NCBI GenBank assembly: GCA_038231275.1
Contig: JBBRLQ010000005.1
Span: 128,001-192,000 of the forward strand
Length of the DNA: 64,000 nucleotides
Origin: Polyangiales bacterium
GTDB taxonomy: Bacteria; Myxococcota_A; Polyangia; Polyangiales; Polyangiaceae
Direction: 5' to 3'
The notes under the pieces are model-generated. The model worked only from the letters and a program-made list of their open reading frames with translations. It did not search any database and was not told where the DNA came from. The position numbers were made by a program, and so were the translations under genes. The stretch's first letter is position 1; every line of letters starts with the position of its first letter. Positions 20,489-30,389 of the stretch are shown piece by piece.

Positions 20489-20503
20489 TGGCCGAGAAAT
20501 TGT
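20489..20503 (+). promoter_or_regulatory. Weak candidate sigma54 promoter
   Basis: TGGCCGAGAAATTGT (GG-N10-GT; -12 deviates from GC) in AT-richer intergenic DNA. Confidence 0.3.
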
Positions 20504-20655
20504 GTACCCTCGGCCGCTGGTTCAAACTCAAATCGGGAAATGAAAAGACCGGAAGAATGGTTGGATGCTTTCCAGCCCTCCTCCGTCGATCAAAGGTCGG
20601 GCCGCCTCGATGGGGAGAGCGTCGATCAGCCCACAAACGAGAAGGAGAGCTTCGC

Positions 20656-21861
20656 ATGACGTCCAAGAGCTTTATCGGTCTGGCCCTCGCGGCCATGGCA
20701 CTGTCACCCGTGGCCCTCGAGGGCTGTAGCAGCAGCGGCAGCAATCCTCTGTGCTGCAACGAGTTCAAGGTCGGCGCCCAGGTGGACGTCAACATCGGCG
20801 GCACCGCCGCCAGCCAGGTCGCCGTCCAGGCCCTCGCAGACGTCGCCGGCATCGCCTCGGCGGCGATCGACAACCTCACGACGGCCTGCCGCGGAATCGC
20901 GACGGACCTCGGCGCGGCGCAGGCCGACCAGGACGCGGCCAACGCGTCGGGCGACAAGAACAAGATCATGAACGCGTGGTGCGGCCTCGCGGTCAAGTCG
21001 ATCAACGGCGCCCTCGCGGGCGGCGCGAAGGTCACGATCGACTTCCAGGCTCCGGTTTGCCAGGCGTCGGTCAGCGCGAAGCTCGACTGCCAGGCGAAGT
21101 GCTCCGGCACCGCAAAGTGTGATTTCAAGGCCAACCCCCCGATGTGTACCGGTGGCAGCCTGGAAGTCGACTGCAAGGGCAGCTGCACGGCGAACGCCGG
21201 CGCGACCCTGAACTGCGAGGGCTCGTGCGACGCAGAGTGTACCGGTTCGTGTACCGCGCAGGGCGGTATCAAGTGCGCCGGCAAGTGCGAAGGCACCTGC
21301 GAGGGTGCTGGCGGCGCCGGCACCAGCGGCGTCGATGCTAGCGGCAATTGCCAGGGCACTTGCAAGGGGACGTGCAGCGTCACGCCCCCCGGCGTCACCT
21401 GCACAGGGTCCTGCAAGGGCGGCTGCAAAGGGAGCTGCAAAGGCTCCGCGACTGCATCCGTCAAGTGCGACGGCAAGTGCGACGCGGACTTCACCCCGAT
21501 CTCGTGCTCGGGCGGCAAGCTCGAGGGGGGCTGCAAAGTCGACGCGAAGTGCGACGCGAACTGCAACGGCAGCGTCCAGGCGAAGGCCGAGTGCACGCCG
21601 GCGAAGCTCGCGATCAAGGCGAGCGCCGACGGCCTCGTCAAGCTCGTCGCTACGCTCGAGGCGAACCTCCCGCTCATCTTCGACATCAAGTTGCGCTTCC
21701 AGGCGATCGCAAAGCTCGCGGGCAACATCGACGTGTCGGCGGCGACCGACATCAAGGCCGCCTGCATCCCGCCGGTCATCGCCGCGGCCGCCCAGGCGGT
21801 CTCGGACCTCGGCGACGCGACCAGCGCGTCGGTCAGCGTGACCGCCAGCGTCGGTCAGTGA
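20656..21861 (+). CDS. Cys-rich lipoprotein with CxGxC repeats
   Basis: AAGGAG RBS, lipobox LEGC, central C.G.C.G.C repeats flanked by helical regions. Confidence 0.85.
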   Translation: MTSKSFIGLALAAMALSPVALEGCSSSGSNPLCCNEFKVGAQVDVNIGGTAASQVAVQALADVAGIASAAIDNLTTACRGIATDLGAAQADQDAANASGDKNKIMNAWCGLAVKSINGALAGGAKVTIDFQAPVCQASVSAKLDCQAKCSGTAKCDFKANPPMCTGGSLEVDCKGSCTANAGATLNCEGSCDAECTGSCTAQGGIKCAGKCEGTCEGAGGAGTSGVDASGNCQGTCKGTCSVTPPGVTCTGSCKGGCKGSCKGSATASVKCDGKCDADFTPISCSGGKLEGGCKVDAKCDANCNGSVQAKAECTPAKLAIKASADGLVKLVATLEANLPLIFDIKLRFQAIAKLAGNIDVSAATDIKAACIPPVIAAAAQAVSDLGDATSASVSVTASVGQ

Positions 21862-21910
21862 TCGGCTAACGCCGAAAGCGCCCGCGCGAGCGGACGTGAC
21901 CGGCGAGACG

Positions 21911-21955
21911 AGGCGACGGGCTTCTTCGTAGGAAGGGGCCCGTCGTTTCCTTTTT
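21911..21955 (+). terminator. Rho-independent terminator
   Basis: Stem AGGCGACGGGCTTCTTC-gtag-GAAGGGGCCCGTCGTTT (with G-U pairs) followed by CCTTTTT. Confidence 0.7.
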
Positions 21956-21981
21956 GGGGGTAGAGAATCAAGAAGGTCCCC

Positions 21982-22419
21982 ATGCGCTTCGCCCGTACGG
22001 CTTCGCTTTCGCTCGCGCTCGGTCTGTCGTGCCTCGCTGGCGCGCCTGCATGCAGCAGCGCGTCGTCGTCTTCCACGATGACGCCCACCACCAACGGCGT
22101 GAACGACGTCCTCAAGGCCTGCCAGATCCGCGCGACCTGGACGAACGCGTCGTCGACCCCTTGCACCAACTGCATCGGCAATTCGCTGGCGCCGCGCTGC
22201 CCCTGCTCGGACCACGACTACGCAGGCGCGTGCAGCGACCAGAACACGGCGAGGAACAAAGAGCCGACGTGCGACGGCACCGCCGACTGCGTCACCAAGT
22301 GCGCCCATGGCGACTGCGCGTGCGTCGACGCGTGCTACGCAAGCAAGGCCGCCTGCCGCACGCTGGCCTCCGCGGCAGACGGCTGCGTCGCGGAGATTTG
22401 CGTGCAGTACTGCAAGTGA
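21982..22419 (+). CDS. Small Cys-rich secreted/lipoprotein
   Basis: Signal peptide with APAC; many CxxxC pairs; GC3-biased codons. Confidence 0.75.
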   Translation: MRFARTASLSLALGLSCLAGAPACSSASSSSTMTPTTNGVNDVLKACQIRATWTNASSTPCTNCIGNSLAPRCPCSDHDYAGACSDQNTARNKEPTCDGTADCVTKCAHGDCACVDACYASKAACRTLASAADGCVAEICVQYCK

Positions 22420-22462
22420 GCGGGTGACGGCCCCGCGGCCGCCCCTCTGCTACGATCCTCCC

Positions 22463-23074
22463 ATGGTCGCCGCGTCCACCCTGCCCGAGCCCGAGCCGTC
22501 GGAGAGCTCCGACCAGCGCGTTTTTCTGCATGGGCGCACGTGGTCGGAGTTCGAGATCCTGCTCGCGGTCCGGGGCGACCAGGCGGGCGTGCGGATGTTC
22601 TACGCGGACGGGGAAATCGAGCTCATGAGCCCTTCGGAGAGCCACGAAGCGATCAAGAAGACCATCGCGCGTCTGGTCGAAGCATATGCGGACGAGCGAG
22701 GGCTGGAGTTCAACGGCTTCGGCTCGTGGACGCTGAAGAGCGCACCGAAGGAACGCGGCGCCGAGCCCGACGAGTGCTACGTGGTCGGGGCGACGAACAA
22801 GGCGAAACCCGATCTCGTCATCGAGGTCGTGTGGTCGCGGGGCGGGCTCGACAAGCGGTCGCTCTACGCGGGGCTCGGCATCGGCGAGCTGTGGATCTGG
22901 ACGCGTCCCGGGAAAATTTCCGTCTACGTTCTTCGCGGCAATGCTTACGAGGAAGTCGCGAAGAGTGAGGCTCTCCCGGGCATCGAGCTCGACGTGCTCG
23001 CAGGGTTCGTCGGGATGCCGAGCCAGAGCCAGGCCGTTCGCGCCTACCGCGCCGCGCTTCGAGCGCGCGTGTAG
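22463..23074 (+). CDS. Uma2 family endonuclease
   Basis: TWSEFE, GEIELMSP..H, EPDECY, PDLVIEV, DK..Y...GI.ELW. Confidence 0.9.
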   Translation: MVAASTLPEPEPSESSDQRVFLHGRTWSEFEILLAVRGDQAGVRMFYADGEIELMSPSESHEAIKKTIARLVEAYADERGLEFNGFGSWTLKSAPKERGAEPDECYVVGATNKAKPDLVIEVVWSRGGLDKRSLYAGLGIGELWIWTRPGKISVYVLRGNAYEEVAKSEALPGIELDVLAGFVGMPSQSQAVRAYRAALRARV

Positions 23075-23214
23075 CATCGTCTCGCACGCGGCGGCGCAGC
23101 ACCGTGTGCAGACCGCTCCCTGACGAGCGTGCACGTCGCGTGCACCGGCTGCACTCGGGCGCGGCCAGCTCGTTGATCCCACAATCGGTCCAGGCCTTGC
23201 TGTAGCAGCCGTTC

Positions 23215-25275
23215 ATGACCCGCGTGGCACGCGCTCGGATCGGCATCGTGAAGGGCTCCGAGCGGACGCTCGCGCGCTACGCGAGCGACGCCGCGGCGCT
23301 TGGTGGGCTCGTCGTGCCGGCGTCGTGTCCCGGTTTGCCCTACGCCGCGGCGCACGCGCTCCTCGCCGCGTTGTGCGAGCGCACCGGGAGCGTCGTGGAC
23401 GCGCCGACGCCTGGATCGTCGACGATAGGGCGCGCGATGTTGCCGCGCGCAGACGCGACGGACGGCGATCGCGTCGACGCGTGGCAGCAGGCGCTCGCAT
23501 TCGCGCTCGATGGGGAGAAGGGGCCGGTCATCGTCCACGCGCGGCGGATCGATCTGTCGAGCCTGCGCCTCCTGCGCCCGACGTGGCGACGGGCGTGCGC
23601 GCCGCCGCTGCTCGTCGTGCTAGACGCGCCGCTCCCTACGGAGGACGAAGTCGATCCGATCGCGCGCGTGCTCCAAGAGCGGGTGGGGGAGGAGATTGCG
23701 CAGCTACGCGCGCTTCCGTGGGCGCGGCGCGAGCTGTTGACCGACACCGACGTCTTCCGGCGCGAGCCGCCGCGCGCGGCCGAGCCCGCGGCCGGCACGG
23801 TGGATGACGTGCGCCGTGCGTTCGCCGAGCACGCGTTCGACGCCGCGCTGCTCCTCGGGAGGACCCTCCTCGATCGCGCCGGCGAGCTCGCACCTCGCGA
23901 TCGCGCCGAGCTCCACGCGATGTGCGCGCTCTCCGCGGCGTCCGTGGGCGCCGCGTCGCTCGAGACCTTCGTCGAGCACCATCTGCGCGCCGCGCTCGGT
24001 GGAGGCCTCGGCGCCGCGGACCGCGCGTCGATCCTCTTCGCGCAATGCGCGGCGATGCCCTCGCTCGAGTCCGCGCGTCGTGCGATCGAGGCGGCGCGCC
24101 GTGTCCCGCCGGCGACGGGTCGGTACCTGGAGGCATGGGGTCGACGTGCGCGCGCCGAGGAGCTCGCGATCGCAGGGCGCATCGAGGACGCGATCGACGA
24201 TCTCGAGGAGGGCGTCGCGCTCCTCTCGTCGGCGGCGCTCGACCTGCCGGAGCCGGAGATTCACCGCACGCAGCACCTCCTCGCGCTCGACTTGTCGCGC
24301 GCGAACGCCGCGCGTGGAGACGCCGACGGGGCCGCGGGGTGGCGCGCACAGGCCTCCGCGTGCGCCGCGCTCCTGCCCGTGGGGTGGACGCTCCCGCGCG
24401 TCCCCTTGGATCTGAAGTTGGAACGGTCGCGGCTCGGCGACGCGATCGCCGAGCGCGAGGCATGCGCCGCCCGCGCGCGCTCGGAATGGGATCCGGTCGC
24501 CGAGTCGGCGTACCTGCGCGAGCTCTCGGCGCTTCATGCGTGCCGCGGCGAGGCGACACGATCCCACGCGTGCGCGCGTCTCGCGAAGCGCATCGCCGAG
24601 GCCTCGCGCGCCTGCCCCGCGGCGCTCCTGATCGCCGAGCTGACGTGCGCGCAGGCCGCGTTTCGTGCGGGAAAGCTCGAGTCGGCGGCGGCCGCGGTGG
24701 AGTCGGCGCTGGGAGCCGTCGCGACGAGCGCGGACGAGGCGGACCTGCACGGGATGCTCGCGTGCATCGCCGCCAAGCGCGGCCAGACGTCGCGCGCGGA
24801 GGACTCGAGCCTCGAAGCGCTGGCCCGCCTCGACGCGAACGCGCCGGCCGACGTCGCCGCGAGCGTGCTCGTGCGGGTGGGTGAGGCGTACCTCCTCCTC
24901 GGCCGCGCCGACGCCGCGCGCCGGGTCTTCGCGCTGGCGCTCGGATGGTCGGACGCGCTGACGCACGATCTCATCGGCCCGGCCGATCGCCTCTCGCTCC
25001 TGCTCGGCATGTGGGCGACCGGCGCGCGCGACCGCGAGCTCATCGACGACGCGCTCGGCTGCGCGAGCGAAGCGCTGCTCGATCCGGACGCGTGGTGGCA
25101 GCTGCCGCGCCTCCTCGAGATGATCGAAGGGGTCTACCTCGACGTCGACGACGCGCTGCTCGAGGTGGTCGTCGAGATCCGCCACCTGGCAGCGCAGCGT
25201 CGCACTAGCGATTGGCCACCGTCAGAGCGTCTGCACTCCGAGCAGCCACAAAAGAAGGCCCTTCTGTACGTGTAG
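23215..25275 (+). CDS. Hypothetical Ala-rich helical-repeat (TPR-like) protein
   Basis: 686-aa ORF with TPR-like helices; 3' end overlaps argF by 54 nt. Confidence 0.6.
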   Translation: MTRVARARIGIVKGSERTLARYASDAAALGGLVVPASCPGLPYAAAHALLAALCERTGSVVDAPTPGSSTIGRAMLPRADATDGDRVDAWQQALAFALDGEKGPVIVHARRIDLSSLRLLRPTWRRACAPPLLVVLDAPLPTEDEVDPIARVLQERVGEEIAQLRALPWARRELLTDTDVFRREPPRAAEPAAGTVDDVRRAFAEHAFDAALLLGRTLLDRAGELAPRDRAELHAMCALSAASVGAASLETFVEHHLRAALGGGLGAADRASILFAQCAAMPSLESARRAIEAARRVPPATGRYLEAWGRRARAEELAIAGRIEDAIDDLEEGVALLSSAALDLPEPEIHRTQHLLALDLSRANAARGDADGAAGWRAQASACAALLPVGWTLPRVPLDLKLERSRLGDAIAEREACAARARSEWDPVAESAYLRELSALHACRGEATRSHACARLAKRIAEASRACPAALLIAELTCAQAAFRAGKLESAAAAVESALGAVATSADEADLHGMLACIAAKRGQTSRAEDSSLEALARLDANAPADVAASVLVRVGEAYLLLGRADAARRVFALALGWSDALTHDLIGPADRLSLLLGMWATGARDRELIDDALGCASEALLDPDAWWQLPRLLEMIEGVYLDVDDALLEVVVEIRHLAAQRRTSDWPPSERLHSEQPQKKALLYV

Positions 25276-26148
25276 ACGGTTCTCGGCCTGGTCCCAGACG
25301 CGCGAGCGCGGTCCTTCGAGCGTCGCCTCGGCGATCTCCTCGCCGCGGTGCGCGGGCAAACAATGGAGCACGATGGCGCCCGCCGTCGCGCGCGCGAGCA
25401 TCGCGTCGTCCACCATCCAGCCCGATAGCGCGGTAAGGCGCGCGTGCGCCTCTTCTTCTTGGCCCATGCTCGTCCACACGTCGGTGTTCACGATGTCGAC
25501 GCCGTCGAGCGCCGTCTTCGGATCGTGGCGCTTCGTGACGCGTGCGCCGGCGCGCGCGAGCTCCTCCTTCGGCGGCATGAACTCTTCGGGGCCTGCGAGG
25601 ACCAGCTTGAAATCGAACAGCTCCGCCGCCTCGACCCACGAGCGCGCCATGTTGCTCGAGCAGTCGCCCACGAATCCCACGCATTTGCCGGCGATCGACG
25701 CATTGGTGGCCTCCTCGATCGTGAACACGTCGCAGAGGACCTGCACGGGGTGACCGTCGTCGGAGAGCGCGTTGATGACCGGGCCGCTCGAGTACGTCGC
25801 CATCTCGCGGAGGCGCGACGTTGCGTACGTGCGGTAGACGATCGCGTCGCAATAGCGCGAGAGGACGCGGGCTGTGTCTTTGAGCGGCTCGCCGCGTCCG
25901 AGCTGGCTGCCCTGGATGCCGAGCACCACCGGCGCTCCGCCGAGCTGCGCCACGCCGACTTCGAACGAGACGCGTGTCCGCGTGCTGGCCTTCTCGAGGA
26001 GGATCGCCACCGAACGGCCGCGCAGGAGCTCCGTGCGGCGCCCCTTGGGCTCGTGCTTCATCGTCGTCGTGAGCGCGTAGATCTCGCGCGCCTCGGCGTG
26101 GGACAGATCGAGCAGCGAAAGGAAATCTCGTTTTCGGGGTGCCGTCAT
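25222..26148 (-). CDS. argF: Ornithine carbamoyltransferase
   Basis: KASTRTRVSFE, HPVQ, TDVWTSMGQE, HCLPAHRGEE, QAENRLH. Confidence 0.96.
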   Translation of the reverse strand: MTAPRKRDFLSLLDLSHAEAREIYALTTTMKHEPKGRRTELLRGRSVAILLEKASTRTRVSFEVGVAQLGGAPVVLGIQGSQLGRGEPLKDTARVLSRYCDAIVYRTYATSRLREMATYSSGPVINALSDDGHPVQVLCDVFTIEEATNASIAGKCVGFVGDCSSNMARSWVEAAELFDFKLVLAGPEEFMPPKEELARAGARVTKRHDPKTALDGVDIVNTDVWTSMGQEEEAHARLTALSGWMVDDAMLARATAGAIVLHCLPAHRGEEIAEATLEGPRSRVWDQAENRLHVQKGLLLWLLGVQTL

Positions 26149-27584
26149 CACAATGCCTCGTCCTCGATGCCGCGGGCCAGCGCTGCCGCGGAGAATCCGC
26201 CTGCCTCGCCGGCCTTCGTGAGCGCCTCCGCGCGCGCGCGCAGATGAGTGAGCTGCGCGGCGACCGAGCGGGGTCCGGTGCCGCCAGGGCTCTCCTTTGC
26301 CGCGACCGCGCGCGCCGGATCCAAGACGGCCAACGCCGCGGCGTCGAGCTCCGGATGGATCGCCATCGCGCGATCGCCCATCGCCGTCAGCGGCTCGCTG
26401 GCCTCCAGCGCCGCACGCACGAGCGCGCCGACCGCCTTGTACGCCTCCCGAAACGGCACGCCTCGAAGCACGAGCGCCTCGGCGAGATCGGTCGCCTGCG
26501 TGAAGCCGTCGGCCAGCGCCGCACGACCGCGCGCGCCGTCGAACGAAACGTGGGGCAAGCACAACGTCAGCGCACGCAGCGCCCCCCGCGCGCGGGGACC
26601 GGCCTCGAGGAGCGCGCGGCGATCTTCCTGCTGGTCGCGGTTGTAGCCGCTGGCCAGCCCCTTCACGAGCGTCAGCATGTGCACGACGTCGGCGACAGCC
26701 GCCGCGGACTTTCCGCGCGCGAGCTCGAAGATGTCCGGGTTCTTCTTCTGCGGCATCATCGACGAGCCCGCCGCGATCTCGCCGCCGAGGCGCACGAGGC
26801 CGAACTCGCTCGTCGACATGTCCACGACGTCCGCCGCGAGCTTCCCTACGGCGAGGACCACGCGCGCGGCGCCCCACACCAAATCAAGGGCAAATCCCCG
26901 GTCGCCAACGGTGTCGAGCGCGTTCACGCTGAGGCGATCGAACCGCAGCAGGCGCCGCACCAACTCGCGATCGATCGGGAGGCTCGTCCCCGAGCACGCG
27001 CCCGATCCGAGCGGCAGCTCGTTCGTTCGTTCCAGCGCGAACGCGACCGTCTCCGCCGCGCGCACCAGATCGCTCGCCCACGCCGCCATCAGGAACGCGC
27101 CGCTGATCGGCTGCGCGCGCTGCCGGTGGGTGTACGCCGGAAGAAGCACGTCGATCTCACGCGTCGCGCGCTCGGTCAGATCGCTGGCGAGCCGCCCCGC
27201 CGCCGCCAGCGTCGCCGCCGCCTCCTCGCGCGCGAACAGCCGAAGATCGAGCGCCACCTGATCGTTGCGCGACCGCGCCGTGTGCAACCGACCCGCGACG
27301 GCCGGTCCGAGGCGACGCGTCAGCTCCGCCTCCACCGCCATGTGCACGTCCTCTTCGTGCCCCTCCGCGACGCCTTGCCCCGCCGCCATCGCGAGCAGCT
27401 CTCGTCGCAGCGCCCGCGCGTCGTCCAGCGGTACGAGGCCGGTCTTGCCGAGCATCGTCACGTGCGCTGCGCTCCCGACCACGTCGTGCGCGAAAAACGC
27501 TCGATCCTCGGCGAACGACGACGACCAGTCGACCAGCTCCGGCAGCATGGCAGTCCCGGTGGCGTCGGTGCGCGCGATGCCCAT
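26148..27584 (-). CDS. argH: Argininosuccinate lyase
   Basis: EDVHMAVE, HTARSRNDQ, PAYTH.Q.AQP, GSSMMPQKKNPD, YNRD.QE. Confidence 0.95.
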   Translation of the reverse strand: MGIARTDATGTAMLPELVDWSSSFAEDRAFFAHDVVGSAAHVTMLGKTGLVPLDDARALRRELLAMAAGQGVAEGHEEDVHMAVEAELTRRLGPAVAGRLHTARSRNDQVALDLRLFAREEAAATLAAAGRLASDLTERATREIDVLLPAYTHRQRAQPISGAFLMAAWASDLVRAAETVAFALERTNELPLGSGACSGTSLPIDRELVRRLLRFDRLSVNALDTVGDRGFALDLVWGAARVVLAVGKLAADVVDMSTSEFGLVRLGGEIAAGSSMMPQKKNPDIFELARGKSAAAVADVVHMLTLVKGLASGYNRDQQEDRRALLEAGPRARGALRALTLCLPHVSFDGARGRAALADGFTQATDLAEALVLRGVPFREAYKAVGALVRAALEASEPLTAMGDRAMAIHPELDAAALAVLDPARAVAAKESPGGTGPRSVAAQLTHLRARAEALTKAGEAGGFSAAALARGIEDEAL

Positions 27585-27652
27585 GGCCCCTCACGTATCC
27601 CAAGGCGACCGCCGAATCCAGCGCCAGCGCCGCGCTTGCGCCGTCGCCGGCA

Positions 27653-29639
<1,987 letters not shown>

Positions 29640-29803
29640 CCGCGCGCCACATCTCGACCTGACTCGGGAGATCCACCCCCTGGGCCATTTGAGAGGTTGT
29701 TCGTCTGCGCCTGCACGCGAATCCGGTGGGAGGCGACCCCACCTTCGAACGCTGGGAGGCTCTCCTTTCCACTGGAGCTGCTCGTGCGCGCGCTCGCTCG
29801 ACG

Positions 29804-29818
29804 TGGCCCGCACCTTGC
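29804..29818 (+). promoter_or_regulatory. Candidate sigma54 promoter of peptide unit
   Basis: TGGCCCGCACCTTGC, close to TGGCAC-N5-TTGC consensus; GGAGG RBS at 29833. Confidence 0.65.
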
Positions 29819-29843
29819 GATGCATGGGAATCGGAGGATGCAG

Positions 29844-30182
29844 ATGAAGACCCCGAAGTTCCAGGTGATCGAGCTCGATGCGCTTGAGCGCGTCTCTGGT
29901 GGCATGAACCTGGATGGGCTCCCCTTGAGCGACAACATCGAGGACCGGCGCCCGCAATCGGACGGAGGCCCGGTCCCCGACGCCGAGTGGCAAGCCGAGC
30001 AGAACGGCTACAACAACTCGTGCTTCACCGGCGCCGACGGGCAGGAGTACTCCGGCGATCCGAGCGGCGGCCCCGCGCAACCGATGGATGTCGGTGGCGA
30101 TGGCGGCGGCGGTGACGGCGGCAGTGGCGGAGACGGCGGCGGTGGCGGAGATGGCGGCGGTGGCGACGGGGGCGGCGAATGA
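29844..30182 (+). CDS. Double-glycine-leader peptide (bacteriocin/RiPP precursor-like), Gly/Asp-rich tail
   Basis: MKTPKFQVIELDALERVSGG|MNLDGLPLSDNIEDRR...; GGAGG 6 nt upstream of ATG. Confidence 0.7.
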   Translation: MKTPKFQVIELDALERVSGGMNLDGLPLSDNIEDRRPQSDGGPVPDAEWQAEQNGYNNSCFTGADGQEYSGDPSGGPAQPMDVGGDGGGGDGGSGGDGGGGGDGGGGDGGGE

Positions 30183-30337
30183 GCACCGTGACCTTGCCCG
30201 GTCAGTTCGGCTACGTCGATCTCGACGATCTCGACTTGGTCAGCGACGACGATGCGGACGAGCTCCACTCCTTCGAGAGCGCGCTCGCCGACATGCCCCG
30301 CTCCGAGCCACCGCGCTCGTGTCCTCCGGAGGGCTAG
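30179..30337 (+). CDS. Putative 52-aa acidic peptide, translationally coupled
   Basis: ATGA overlap with upstream stop; MSTVTLPGQFGYVDLDDLDLVSDDDADELHSFESALADMPRSEPPRSCPPEG; GC3-rich codons; too short for the ORF track. Confidence 0.55.
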   Translation: MSTVTLPGQFGYVDLDDLDLVSDDDADELHSFESALADMPRSEPPRSCPPEG

Positions 30338-30389
30338 GCTCTACGAGAAGCTTCGCCGCCTCGCGGAGAAAGAAGCGCGCTCGCCGTGG

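Noticed and set aside
23225-23239. TGGCACGCGCTCGGA as a sigma54 promoter
   Set aside because: Lacks the -12 GC and lies inside the ORF
22463-25275. Uma2 nuclease plus TPR-like gene as an anti-phage defence system
   Set aside because: Uma2 genes are commonly scattered singletons; separate promoter-like elements, no intact NTPase motif and no other defence genes nearby
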